Source of the DNA: Candidatus Buchananbacteria bacterium
GTDB lineage: Bacteria > Patescibacteriota > Patescibacteriia > 2-01-FULL-39-33
Length of the DNA stretch: 64,000 bases
NCBI GenBank assembly: GCA_041666945.1
Contig: JBAYFY010000002.1
Location: 64,701 to 128,700 of the forward strand
Reading direction: 5' to 3'
Under the pieces are notes generated by a model. It saw only the letters and a list, made by a program, of their open reading frames with translations. It ran no database searches and was not told the DNA's origin. This document shows positions 1 through 8,405 of the stretch, piece by piece (the first letter of the stretch is position 1; every line of letters starts with the position of its first letter). Both the position numbers and the translations under genes were made by a program.

Positions 1-1
1 T

Positions 2-1810
2 AAATATCAGCCGGCGGGCGATCAGCCGCAGGCGATAAAAAAAATCACAGCCGGCCTGAAGAAGGGCCAGGATTTTCAGACGCTTCTGGGCATTACCGGT
101 TCGGGCAAAACCTTTACCATGGCTAATGTTATCGCCCGGCAAGACAAGCCGGTACTGGTGATGGCCCCGAACAAGGCCTTGGCGGCCCAGCTTTATCGCG
201 AGTACAAAAATTATTTCCCGCATAATTCGGTGAATTTTTTTGTTTCTTATTACGATTATTACCAGCCGGAGGCCTATTTGCCGAATACCGACACTTATAT
301 TGAGAAGGAGGCGATGATCAACCAAGAGATAGACCGTTTGCGCCATCAGGCCACTTCGGCTTTATTGTCGCGACGGGATGTGATTATCGTGGCCTCGGTT
401 TCCTGCATTTATAATTTGGGCGTACCTGTCAGTTATCTGGAATCAGCTTTGCATTTGGCCGTCGGCCAACATTTGGTGCGCGCCGATTTTATCCGTCAGT
501 TGGTACGCATGCATTTTGAGCGCGGCCAGGGAGAATTGAAACGCGGATTATTCCGCGTCCGAGGCGACGTGTTTGAAATCATGGCCGCTTCGGAGAACGT
601 CATTTATCGCATAGAATTGGAGGATCAGCAAATCAAAGAAATCCATTTGGTTAATCCTTTGACGCGAAAAATAACCGAAGAACTTAAGGATATTGTAGTT
701 TTTCCGCCCAAACATTTCGTGTCTACCGAGCCCCAGATAGACGCGGCCATTAAGGATATCAAGTTGGAACTCAAGGATCGTTTGAAATATTTTAATAAAA
801 AGAATTTATATCTGGAGGCGGAGCGTCTGGAACGCCGTACGCGTTACGACATGGAGATGCTCAAGTCAGTCGGGTATTGCCACGGCATTGAAAATTATTC
901 CCGCCATCTGGCCGGCAAGTTGCCGGGCGAGGCGCCGGATACTTTGCTGGCTTATTTTCCGCTCAAAGACGGCCGGCCGGATTATTTATTGATTATGGAT
1001 GAATCGCACATTGGCTTGCCTCAAACGAGGGGGATGTATGAGGGCGATCGGGCGCGCAAAAATACTTTGGTGGAATTCGGCTGGCGCTTGCCCTCGGCTC
1101 TGGATAATCGGCCGCTTAAATTTGATGAATTTTTGAAGCGCATCGGCCAGACCGTTTTTACTTCGGCCACCCCTGGCGACTGGGAAATCAAGCATTCCAA
1201 ACAGTTGATTGAACAGGTCATCCGTCCGACCGGTTTGGTGGACCCGCCGATTGAAATCCGCCCGGTGTTTGACCGGAATAAAAATTACAGCCAGATTGAC
1301 GACGTGATCGCCGAATCAGTCAAAATAACGGCCAAGGGGGAGAGAAGCATCATTAATACTTTAACCAAAAAACAAGCTGAAGACCTGAACACTTTTCTTG
1401 TTCAGCGGGGGATCAGATCCAATTATCTGCATAGCGATATTAAGACCGTGGCGCGGACGGAGATTTTAACCGCCTTTCGCCGCGGCGAATTTGATGTCTT
1501 AATCGGCGTTAACTTGTTGCGCGAGGGGTTGGATTTGCCGGAAGTGTCTTTTGTAGCCGTTTTAGATGCCGACCGCGAGGGCTTTCTAAGATCCGAAACC
1601 TCTTTGATTCAGACCATGGGACGCGCCGCCCGAAACGTATCAGGCAAAGTCATTCTTTACGCCGATAACATCACCGGCTCAATCAAGCGCGCCGTAAGCG
1701 AAGTGGAACGCCGGCGCATTAAACAACTGGCGTATAATAAAAAGCACGGCATCATTGCTGAAACCGTGCGAAAGGACATTGAAGAATTTTTGGATTTAGT
1801 AGAGGGCTAA
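2..1810 (+). CDS. uvrB: Excinuclease ABC subunit B (UvrB), 5'-truncated by the window edge
   Basis: The ORF reads in frame from position 2; the GITGSGKTFTMAN Walker A precedes the listed start. The C-terminal part matches the UvrB helicase domains and the UvrB/UvrC interaction tail. Confidence 0.93.
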   Translation, partial: KYQPAGDQPQAIKKITAGLKKGQDFQTLLGITGSGKTFTMANVIARQDKPVLVMAPNKALAAQLYREYKNYFPHNSVNFFVSYYDYYQPEAYLPNTDTYIEKEAMINQEIDRLRHQATSALLSRRDVIIVASVSCIYNLGVPVSYLESALHLAVGQHLVRADFIRQLVRMHFERGQGELKRGLFRVRGDVFEIMAASENVIYRIELEDQQIKEIHLVNPLTRKITEELKDIVVFPPKHFVSTEPQIDAAIKDIKLELKDRLKYFNKKNLYLEAERLERRTRYDMEMLKSVGYCHGIENYSRHLAGKLPGEAPDTLLAYFPLKDGRPDYLLIMDESHIGLPQTRGMYEGDRARKNTLVEFGWRLPSALDNRPLKFDEFLKRIGQTVFTSATPGDWEIKHSKQLIEQVIRPTGLVDPPIEIRPVFDRNKNYSQIDDVIAESVKITAKGERSIINTLTKKQAEDLNTFLVQRGIRSNYLHSDIKTVARTEILTAFRRGEFDVLIGVNLLREGLDLPEVSFVAVLDADREGFLRSETSLIQTMGRAARNVSGKVILYADNITGSIKRAVSEVERRRIKQLAYNKKHGIIAETVRKDIEEFLDLVEG

Positions 1811-2025
1811 GTTGCCTTTTCAGTATTATTGGCAGCGATTTTTGCGCCTTTGTAAGATTGATAGTGACGCCAGTCCCCATTATTAACTCTCAAATGAAAA
1901 GGGAAGTCACCAGTCCTTAGATCCCAAAAAATACTGTAGGAATTCTTACGGCCATTGGCCGTATAGCATTTACAACCGCATTCACAGTACTCAAAAACCA
2001 GTCGTTTTCTTTTTGACTTAGCCAT
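1807..2025 (-). CDS. Hypothetical small Cys-rich protein (72 aa)
   Basis: An AAGGAG Shine-Dalgarno sits 8 nt upstream of the ATG. It carries a CECGCKC motif. It is tail-to-tail with uvrB, overlapping it by 4 bp. Confidence 0.5.
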   Translation of the reverse strand: MAKSKRKRLVFEYCECGCKCYTANGRKNSYSIFWDLRTGDFPFHLRVNNGDWRHYQSYKGAKIAANNTEKAT

Positions 2026-2077
2026 GGTTGTGCTCCTTTTGTTAAAATGGGATACCGAAATGATTTCAGCTGATGGC

Positions 2078-2305
2078 TTATATTGTGACTATCGACAGAT
2101 GATAGATGACTACACGGTCAGTGCCGCCGCGGGACTTGCCCATGCAGGCGGATATCAGTCCTTGATGCTCTTTTTCGTAGGATTCGTTTATCCTTGTCTG
2201 AATATCGTTTGGTTCGCATCCAGAGATGAAAATAGTTTTTTGAACTACTGCCATTTTATTGCCGTTTTTCCAGCTTTCAGCCACCCAAGTCAATAAGAAG
2301 TTCAT
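2078..2305 (-). CDS. Hypothetical small protein (75 aa)
   Basis: A strong AGGAAGGAG Shine-Dalgarno sits 7 nt upstream. It is co-oriented with the 1807..2025 gene. The overlapping + strand ORF 2024..2296 has no such signal. Confidence 0.5.
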   Translation of the reverse strand: MNFLLTWVAESWKNGNKMAVVQKTIFISGCEPNDIQTRINESYEKEHQGLISACMGKSRGGTDRVVIYHLSIVTI

Positions 2306-2440
2306 TGTCGCTCCTTCCTTTTGTTAGAAATCCAAATCCATATTTTCCGTTGTTTGCATGACTGCCGTCTCCGTTGTTTAGGCCAAGATTAGTTATTAAG
2401 GTACTTCGTCATCAACACATTCTACTATAAGAAAACCATA

Positions 2441-3427
2441 ATGTCAAATAAGAACAAAAATAATTTCTGGCAGAAACTGGCGCAAAAACGCCGGCCGATT
2501 TTAGTTTTGGCGCCTATGGCCGGCGTAACCGACTCGGCTTTTCGGCAGATTTGCCGTCAGCAGGGAGCGGACGCGGTTTATACGGAAATGGTTTCGGCCG
2601 ACGGTTTGTATTATGATTCCAAGAAAACCCTGGCTCTGCTTAAATTTTCCAAGCGGGAAAAGCCGGTCGTTGCGCAATTATTCGGCAAACACCCCGAAAG
2701 GTTCACTAAGGCCGCCCAAGCGGCCCAGGCCGCCGGATTTGACGGCATTGATATTAATTTCGGTTGTCCGGCCAAAAAGGTTGCCGGCCATGGCGGGGGA
2801 GTAACGCTGATGCGCGACTTGGCCAAATGCCGGCGGATTATTGAAAACGTATTAGCCGGCACGACTTTGCCCGTATCGGTAAAACTAAGATCATCAATTA
2901 GGCAAGACGGCGGGGAAGTGACAGCGGAAGATTTTTTGCGCGCCATGAAAGATTTGCCTTTGGCCGCCGTTATGATTCATGGCCGGCCGTATGAGAATCC
3001 TTTTGCCTCTGATATTGATTATGGAATGATAAAAAAATGCGTCCAATTTTTTAAAAAACAAAATCCGTCCGGTATCGTGCTGGCTAACGGCGGGATTAAT
3101 CGGCCCGAAGACGCCAAGCGGATGCTGGAACTGACCGGCGCCGACGGCGTGGGCTTAGCGCGCGGTTTGTACGGCCGGCCCTGGCTGTTTAAGCAGATTG
3201 GACAGTATTTAAAAACAGGCAAATATTCGGAATTGAATCTTAAGCAGATTGACAAAATAATTCATCAACACGCCCGTTTGGCCTTTAAAGCCAAGGAACG
3301 GCAAGGAGTAATAGAGTTAAGGAAACATTTGGCCTGGTACGTATCCGGGCGGAATCAGGCCAAAGAATTACGAGCCCGATTAGTCAGAGTAGAGGATTTG
3401 AAGCAATTGAAACAAATATTAAAGTAA
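2441..3427 (+). CDS. dusB: tRNA-dihydrouridine synthase (DusB-like)
   Basis: LAPMAGVTDSAFRQ, the FMN-binding TIM-barrel motifs, and a C-terminal helical domain. Confidence 0.88.
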   Translation: MSNKNKNNFWQKLAQKRRPILVLAPMAGVTDSAFRQICRQQGADAVYTEMVSADGLYYDSKKTLALLKFSKREKPVVAQLFGKHPERFTKAAQAAQAAGFDGIDINFGCPAKKVAGHGGGVTLMRDLAKCRRIIENVLAGTTLPVSVKLRSSIRQDGGEVTAEDFLRAMKDLPLAAVMIHGRPYENPFASDIDYGMIKKCVQFFKKQNPSGIVLANGGINRPEDAKRMLELTGADGVGLARGLYGRPWLFKQIGQYLKTGKYSELNLKQIDKIIHQHARLAFKAKERQGVIELRKHLAWYVSGRNQAKELRARLVRVEDLKQLKQILK

Positions 3428-3477
3428 GTCATCGAAGGGTTTGATTCATGTTTTAAACAAAAATTAAATCAAAACAA

Positions 3478-3510
3478 AAGACGCTTCATCCGGAGCGTCT
3501 TAATTTTACG
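3478..3510 (+). terminator. Hairpin with a T-rich tail downstream of dus
   Basis: aagacgcttc-atcc-ggagcgtctt followed by aatttta. Confidence 0.4.
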
Positions 3511-3534
3511 ATATTTTACAATTTTTTACGATTT

Positions 3535-3753
3535 TTATTTTTTTGGCCGAATCGTTTTTGGCCGATTTGCTCGTTTTTTCTTTTTTTTCGGCGTTGCCTC
3601 TTCCTTAATAGTAATGCCCCAATCTTTGGCGAAACTACGAAAAGACGATTCGGGTAAGCCGGTTTTTGTTCCCTTAATGACCAGACACTGTTCTCGCCGC
3701 AGATTATTCCATTCCGGAGTAACCCGTTCCATTTCGTAACGGCCTGCCGACAA
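3535..3753 (-). CDS. Hypothetical basic protein with a possible TTG start
   Basis: Only a six-frame ORF with a Lys-rich C-terminus. The start codon in the sequence is TTG and there is no clear RBS. Confidence 0.3.
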   Translation of the reverse strand: MSAGRYEMERVTPEWNNLRREQCLVIKGTKTGLPESSFRSFAKDWGITIKEEATPKKKKKRANRPKTIRPKK

Positions 3754-3978
3754 ATTTATTCTGGAATCCCAGGAACTCGCTCGGCCGCCGCGCCTGTGAA
3801 AACAACTCTCAAAATGCCTCCCGGGAGTAACTCACGACAGTAATCGGTTTTGAACAGATCAAAAAAATTCTCTTTCTCTTTCTCGGCATGACTGCATCTC
3901 CCTGGTTTTAGTTTAATCGTTGGTTGTTGATAAGGTGCTTTTGTTGACTGTTTATTGTAGCAAATTATTATTATTTTG

Positions 3979-4920
3979 TCAAATCCAGCGTTTTTTCTTG
4001 AAATAAAAGAAAAGACAAACGGCCCCGATTGCCATGATAAAAATTATTATCCAGAAACCGTTGGGGCTGTCTATAAACGGCATGCCGCCGACCGCATTCA
4101 TGCCAAAGATCGCCGCCAGCAAAGTTAAAGGGAAAACAATGACGGAAAATACGGTCAGAGTCCGCATAATATCGTTCAATTTGAAAGAAATCAGCGAAGT
4201 GTTGGTGTCTTCCAGGGCCTCAATCATTTCTTTTTGCTCATTAAGAATGTCCCAGATATTTTTGGTGTGTTCAATCAAATCGCCATAAAACGTTTTCATT
4301 TCGTTGGAGTCAAGATACCAAACGCCGGAACGGCCTAATTTTTGGATAACGCCCTTGTGCGCCTCCATGATTTTGCGGAAATTCAGGATGTTTCTTTTGG
4401 TCAGTAGGATTTCCCGCACCATTTCCCGTTCTCGGCCTTCAAAGATGTTTTTTTCAATGCCCTGGATGTCTATGCTCATGTGATCCATGATCGGGTAGCA
4501 ATATTCTTGCAGGCGGACGATGATTTCATACAAGAGCATCATATTATTGCCTGATAAATATTGTTCACGATAAAATTTGTCGCTGAAACAGAGATTGGAC
4601 AGTTCCACCAGGGGAGGCAAGTTATTTTTGTGGCAAGTGATGACAAAATGGTCGCCAATGAAAAAATCCACCTCTTCGGCGTCAACTGTGCGGGTTTTTC
4701 TGTTATAAACAGGAAATTGAAGGATGAGGAAGCAATAATTATTGCGGACGTAAAATTTCGGCCGCTGCGCGAGATTTTTGGAATGGGAATCACGCAAGTC
4801 CAATTCGTTGAACTTGTATTTTTTGCGCAAGTATTCTATCTCCTCCTTTTGGGCATTGATGATGTTGGTCCAATTGAATGCCCCCGTGTTTGATTTTAAA
4901 GTATTGATGTTTGATGTCAT
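3979..4920 (-). CDS. corA: Magnesium/cobalt transporter CorA
   Basis: Two C-terminal transmembrane helices with the GMN signature (IFGMNAVGGMPF). A CorA-like cytoplasmic domain is present. Confidence 0.85.
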   Translation of the reverse strand: MTSNINTLKSNTGAFNWTNIINAQKEEIEYLRKKYKFNELDLRDSHSKNLAQRPKFYVRNNYCFLILQFPVYNRKTRTVDAEEVDFFIGDHFVITCHKNNLPPLVELSNLCFSDKFYREQYLSGNNMMLLYEIIVRLQEYCYPIMDHMSIDIQGIEKNIFEGREREMVREILLTKRNILNFRKIMEAHKGVIQKLGRSGVWYLDSNEMKTFYGDLIEHTKNIWDILNEQKEMIEALEDTNTSLISFKLNDIMRTLTVFSVIVFPLTLLAAIFGMNAVGGMPFIDSPNGFWIIIFIMAIGAVCLFFYFKKKRWI

Positions 4921-5020
4921 ATGCTTAGGTTCAATTTAATTATAGCATGAATTTATAAATTAGTGTATAATAATGGTATAATATGGACGCGGAAAACAGT
5001 TAATTATTATCCTCCGAGTT

Positions 5021-5542
5021 ATGCCTTTAGACCAAAATGAATTGCCGGTTCTCGGCCCAGAAAAAAAAGATGCCGCTCCGGGCGCTGCGGCGGAGAGCGG
5101 ATTGGAATTCAAGCCGACACCGGAAATAACGCCGTTGGAAACCGGCGGGGAAAAAGAACGAAGCGGGTTAAAAGAAAGAAGTGAAACCAAAGCCGGAGGA
5201 GAAATACCCTCGGCGCCCGTTATGACTTCCGCTAACGCCCGGGCCTTGGAGACCTACAAGCAAATTGAGAACATCCTGGAAGAGGATCTGGGCGAGGTTT
5301 ATAATAATCTGTCGGCTCAGGATCAGCAGGTGTTTAAAGTCAAAGGTGAAGAGGCGGCGCGTTCTATTTTCAAAATCGTTTATCATCAAACCAAGGTTAA
5401 AGTCAAAAAAATCATTCATTTGATTAAGCGCTGGTTGAAAATGATCCCCGGCATTAATCGTTATTTTTTAGAACAGGAGGCAAAAATCAAAGCCGATAAG
5501 ATCATAGCTTTGGCGAAGAATGACAAAAAGATAGAGTTTTAG
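5021..5542 (+). CDS. Hypothetical protein (Pro/Glu-rich N-terminus)
   Basis: Clean 173 aa ORF immediately upstream of the VirD4-like gene. No recognisable domain. Confidence 0.55.
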   Translation: MPLDQNELPVLGPEKKDAAPGAAAESGLEFKPTPEITPLETGGEKERSGLKERSETKAGGEIPSAPVMTSANARALETYKQIENILEEDLGEVYNNLSAQDQQVFKVKGEEAARSIFKIVYHQTKVKVKKIIHLIKRWLKMIPGINRYFLEQEAKIKADKIIALAKNDKKIEF

Positions 5543-5547
5543 GATTT

Positions 5548-5664
5548 TAAGTAACATGTAACAAGTAACATGTAACAAGTAATTAAATTAATAACAGTTT
5601 ACTTATTACGTATTACTTATTGCTTATTACTTATTACTTATTGCTTATTACTTATTACGTATTT
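5548..5664. repeat. Inverted array of GTAACA(T/A)GTAACAAG and TTACTTATT(G/A)C repeats abutting the ATG of the next gene
   Basis: Direct visual repeats. The forward units are followed by their approximate reverse complements, giving long hairpin potential. The first 15 codons of the listed ORF 5620 are just translation of this repeat. Confidence 0.7.
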
Positions 5665-8244
5665 ATGCCTTTGGAAGAAATGCAAAATCCCTATCAATTT
5701 GATTGGCTCGCTTTATTTTCCGGTATACCCGAGGCGGCGGTTTATGCCGTTAGCGGCGTAGTTATTTTTTTGTTGCTTTGTTTTATCGCATTGCTGGTTG
5801 CGCGCGCCGTTTTCCGGTCGCAGAAACGCTACCCCAAGGTATTCCAGCAGCATATTTTTTTGGTGACTGTGCCGCAACGAACCAAAGAAGAGGGGATGGA
5901 AAAAAAACAATTATCGGAAACGATCTCGGAAATTGAAGGATTGTACTCAAATTTGGGCGGTTTGCGTTCGCCTCGGGGTTTTAAAACCTGGCTGTTTGGC
6001 CGGTTTGATCATTGGTCGTTTGAGATTGTCTTGGGTTTGGACGGCCTGATTTCTTTTTATATCGCCGTGCCCGAATATTTGGTGGAATACGTTAAACAGC
6101 AGATTTTTTCCAAGTATCCTTACGCGCAGATTGAAGAGACCGGCGACTATAATATTTTCAACCAGCAAGGGTTTGTCGCCATTGGTTATTTCAAGCTGCT
6201 TAAGCAGAACATGTTTCCGCTTTTGACCTACAAGCAGATGAATAATGTGGATCCGCTTGTGTCCATTATCAGCGTGTTGTCAAAATTTGGCGATAAGCAG
6301 ACCGCGGCCATTCAATTGGTAATGCGTTCAGCCGCGCCCGGTTGGCGCAAGAAGGGCGTCAAAGTGGCGTCGGAAATGCAACAGGGCAAGGATATCAAAA
6401 AAGCCATGGCCGCCGCTAATCCCGGATTTTTTTCCGGCCTGGAAAGAGTTTTCGGCACGCCAGCGGATTGGTTTTTTTCTTCCAAGCCCAAAGATCCGGC
6501 CAAGCCCGAACAGCAATATCGTTTGTCGCCCATGGAAGAGCAGGCCGTCAAAGCGATTGAAGAAAAAGCTTCCAAGGCCGGCCTGGACGTTAACGTCCGC
6601 GTAGTGGCTTTTGCGCCGCTGGAATCCCAAGCCAACGAAAATCTTCGGCGCTTGATTGATTCTTTCGCCCAATATTCCAGCTACCAGTACGCTAACGGCT
6701 TTAAGGGCGTGGTCAAAGGCGAGGGCCGGCAATTGATCCATGATTTTATTTACCGCAATTTTGATGAGAAGGCGGGCATGGTGCTTAACACCGAAGAAAT
6801 GACTTCATTATGGCATCTGCCTTTGCCTAACACCGAAGTGCCGCGCATTAATTGGCTGACAGCTCGGCGTTTGCCCCCGCCTTTGAATATCCCGACCGAA
6901 GGCGTGATGATCGGTGAAAATGTTTATCGCGGGCAGAAAACGATAGTCAGGATGAAAGACGTTGATCGCCGCCGCCACATGTATATTATCGGTATGACCG
7001 GCACCGGTAAATCCACGACCATGGCCACGATGGCGGCGCAGGATATCCGCGACGGCAGGGGCGTTTGCGTGGTGGATCCGCACGGCGAGTTGGTGGAAAA
7101 CATCTTAAAGCATATCCCCAAGGAACGCGCGGAGGATGTTATTTTGTTTGACCCGTCCGACCTGGAGCGGCCGATCGGCTTGAATATGCTGGAAGCCACC
7201 AGTCCCTACGAGATGGATATGGCGGCGCAGGAAATGATTAATATTTTTTACAAACTTCTGCCCGATCCGGCCATGGCCGGACCGATGTTTGAGCATTATA
7301 TGAGAAACGCGCTATTGGCGCTCATGGCCGACCGCGAAGATCCGGGGACGCTGGTGGAACTGGCGCGCATTTTTACCGATGACGCTTTCCGCAAGAAAAA
7401 ATTGGAGCACGTGACCGATATCTTGGTTAAGGATTTTTGGGAAAGGGAATACGCCATGTCACAGAAGGGCTCGACCGGCGCCGATATGCTGTCTTATGTC
7501 ATTTCTAAAACCGGCCGGTTTGTGGAAAACGAATTGATGCGCAATATCATCGGTCAGTCGCATTCGGGCATTAATTTCCGCGAGGCCATGGATTCGGGCA
7601 AAATCCTGTTATTGAATTTATGCAAAGGCAAAATCGGCGAAACCAACAGCAGCTTGTTGGGTTTAATTGCCGTGGCTAAATTGCAAATGGCGGCTTTGTC
7701 CCGCGCCGATATGCCCGAAGAACAGCGCCAAGATTTTTTCCTGTATATTGACGAATTCCAGAATTTCATCACCGATTCTATCTCTATTATTCTGTCTGAA
7801 GCGCGCAAATACAAATTAAATCTGTGCTTGGGGCATCAGTTTATCGCGCAATTAGTGCAGAATAACGATACGCGGGTGCGCGACGCGGTTTTTGGCAACG
7901 TGGGCAACTTGCTGGTTTATCGCATCGGTGTGGATGATTCGGAAATTATCGCCAAGCAGTTGTCGCCGGTGGTGAATGAATACGACGTGATGAATATTGA
8001 AAAATACAACGCTTATTTCCGCATCATGATTGACAATACGGCCATGCCGGCATTCAATCTGAAATGTTATCAACCGTCTCAAGTGGTTCCGGCCAGCCCC
8101 GAAATCGTGGCGCCGCTGAAGGAATTATCCCGGCTCAAACACGGCCGCGACCGCCAACTGGTGGTGCGCGATATTGCCGAACGCAGCCGCATCGGCCAGC
8201 TGGGCGGGGTCAAGAAAGAGACCTTGGGTGAATTCGGGTTCTAA
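5665..8244 (+). CDS. Membrane-anchored VirD4/TraG-like (DUF87-type) P-loop ATPase, orphan type IV coupling-protein homolog
   Basis: N-terminal transmembrane helix. Walker A GMTGTGKST is followed by DPHGE. A Walker B-like YIDEFQNF and a TraG-D_C-like C-terminus (ARKYKLNLCLGHQF) are present. The start is moved to the ATG at 5665, downstream of the repeat-derived codons. Confidence 0.78.
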   Translation: MPLEEMQNPYQFDWLALFSGIPEAAVYAVSGVVIFLLLCFIALLVARAVFRSQKRYPKVFQQHIFLVTVPQRTKEEGMEKKQLSETISEIEGLYSNLGGLRSPRGFKTWLFGRFDHWSFEIVLGLDGLISFYIAVPEYLVEYVKQQIFSKYPYAQIEETGDYNIFNQQGFVAIGYFKLLKQNMFPLLTYKQMNNVDPLVSIISVLSKFGDKQTAAIQLVMRSAAPGWRKKGVKVASEMQQGKDIKKAMAAANPGFFSGLERVFGTPADWFFSSKPKDPAKPEQQYRLSPMEEQAVKAIEEKASKAGLDVNVRVVAFAPLESQANENLRRLIDSFAQYSSYQYANGFKGVVKGEGRQLIHDFIYRNFDEKAGMVLNTEEMTSLWHLPLPNTEVPRINWLTARRLPPPLNIPTEGVMIGENVYRGQKTIVRMKDVDRRRHMYIIGMTGTGKSTTMATMAAQDIRDGRGVCVVDPHGELVENILKHIPKERAEDVILFDPSDLERPIGLNMLEATSPYEMDMAAQEMINIFYKLLPDPAMAGPMFEHYMRNALLALMADREDPGTLVELARIFTDDAFRKKKLEHVTDILVKDFWEREYAMSQKGSTGADMLSYVISKTGRFVENELMRNIIGQSHSGINFREAMDSGKILLLNLCKGKIGETNSSLLGLIAVAKLQMAALSRADMPEEQRQDFFLYIDEFQNFITDSISIILSEARKYKLNLCLGHQFIAQLVQNNDTRVRDAVFGNVGNLLVYRIGVDDSEIIAKQLSPVVNEYDVMNIEKYNAYFRIMIDNTAMPAFNLKCYQPSQVVPASPEIVAPLKELSRLKHGRDRQLVVRDIAERSRIGQLGGVKKETLGEFGF

Positions 8245-8247
8245 AGC

Positions 8248-8335
8248 AAAAGTAATACGTAATAAGTAATAAGTAAAATAGCAATAAAATAATAATTGCA
8301 TAAATTACCTGTTACATATTACGTAATTAACGTGA
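8248..8335. repeat. GTAATA(C/A)GTAATAAGTAA repeats and their inverse downstream of the VirD4-like gene
   Basis: gtaatacgtaataagtaataagtaa ... ttacctgttacatattacgtaat. It mirrors the array upstream of the gene. Confidence 0.6.
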
Positions 8336-8405
8336 TTTAATAAATTGACTTCGCAGTCATTTTTTTGTTATATTAAACCCATAATTAATTAGCCATTACC
8401 ACATC

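Noticed and set aside
5620-5664. The first 15 codons of the listed VirD4-like ORF (MLITYYLLLITYYVF)
   Set aside because: This is a translation of the TTACTTATTAC repeat array. The start was moved to the ATG at 5665.
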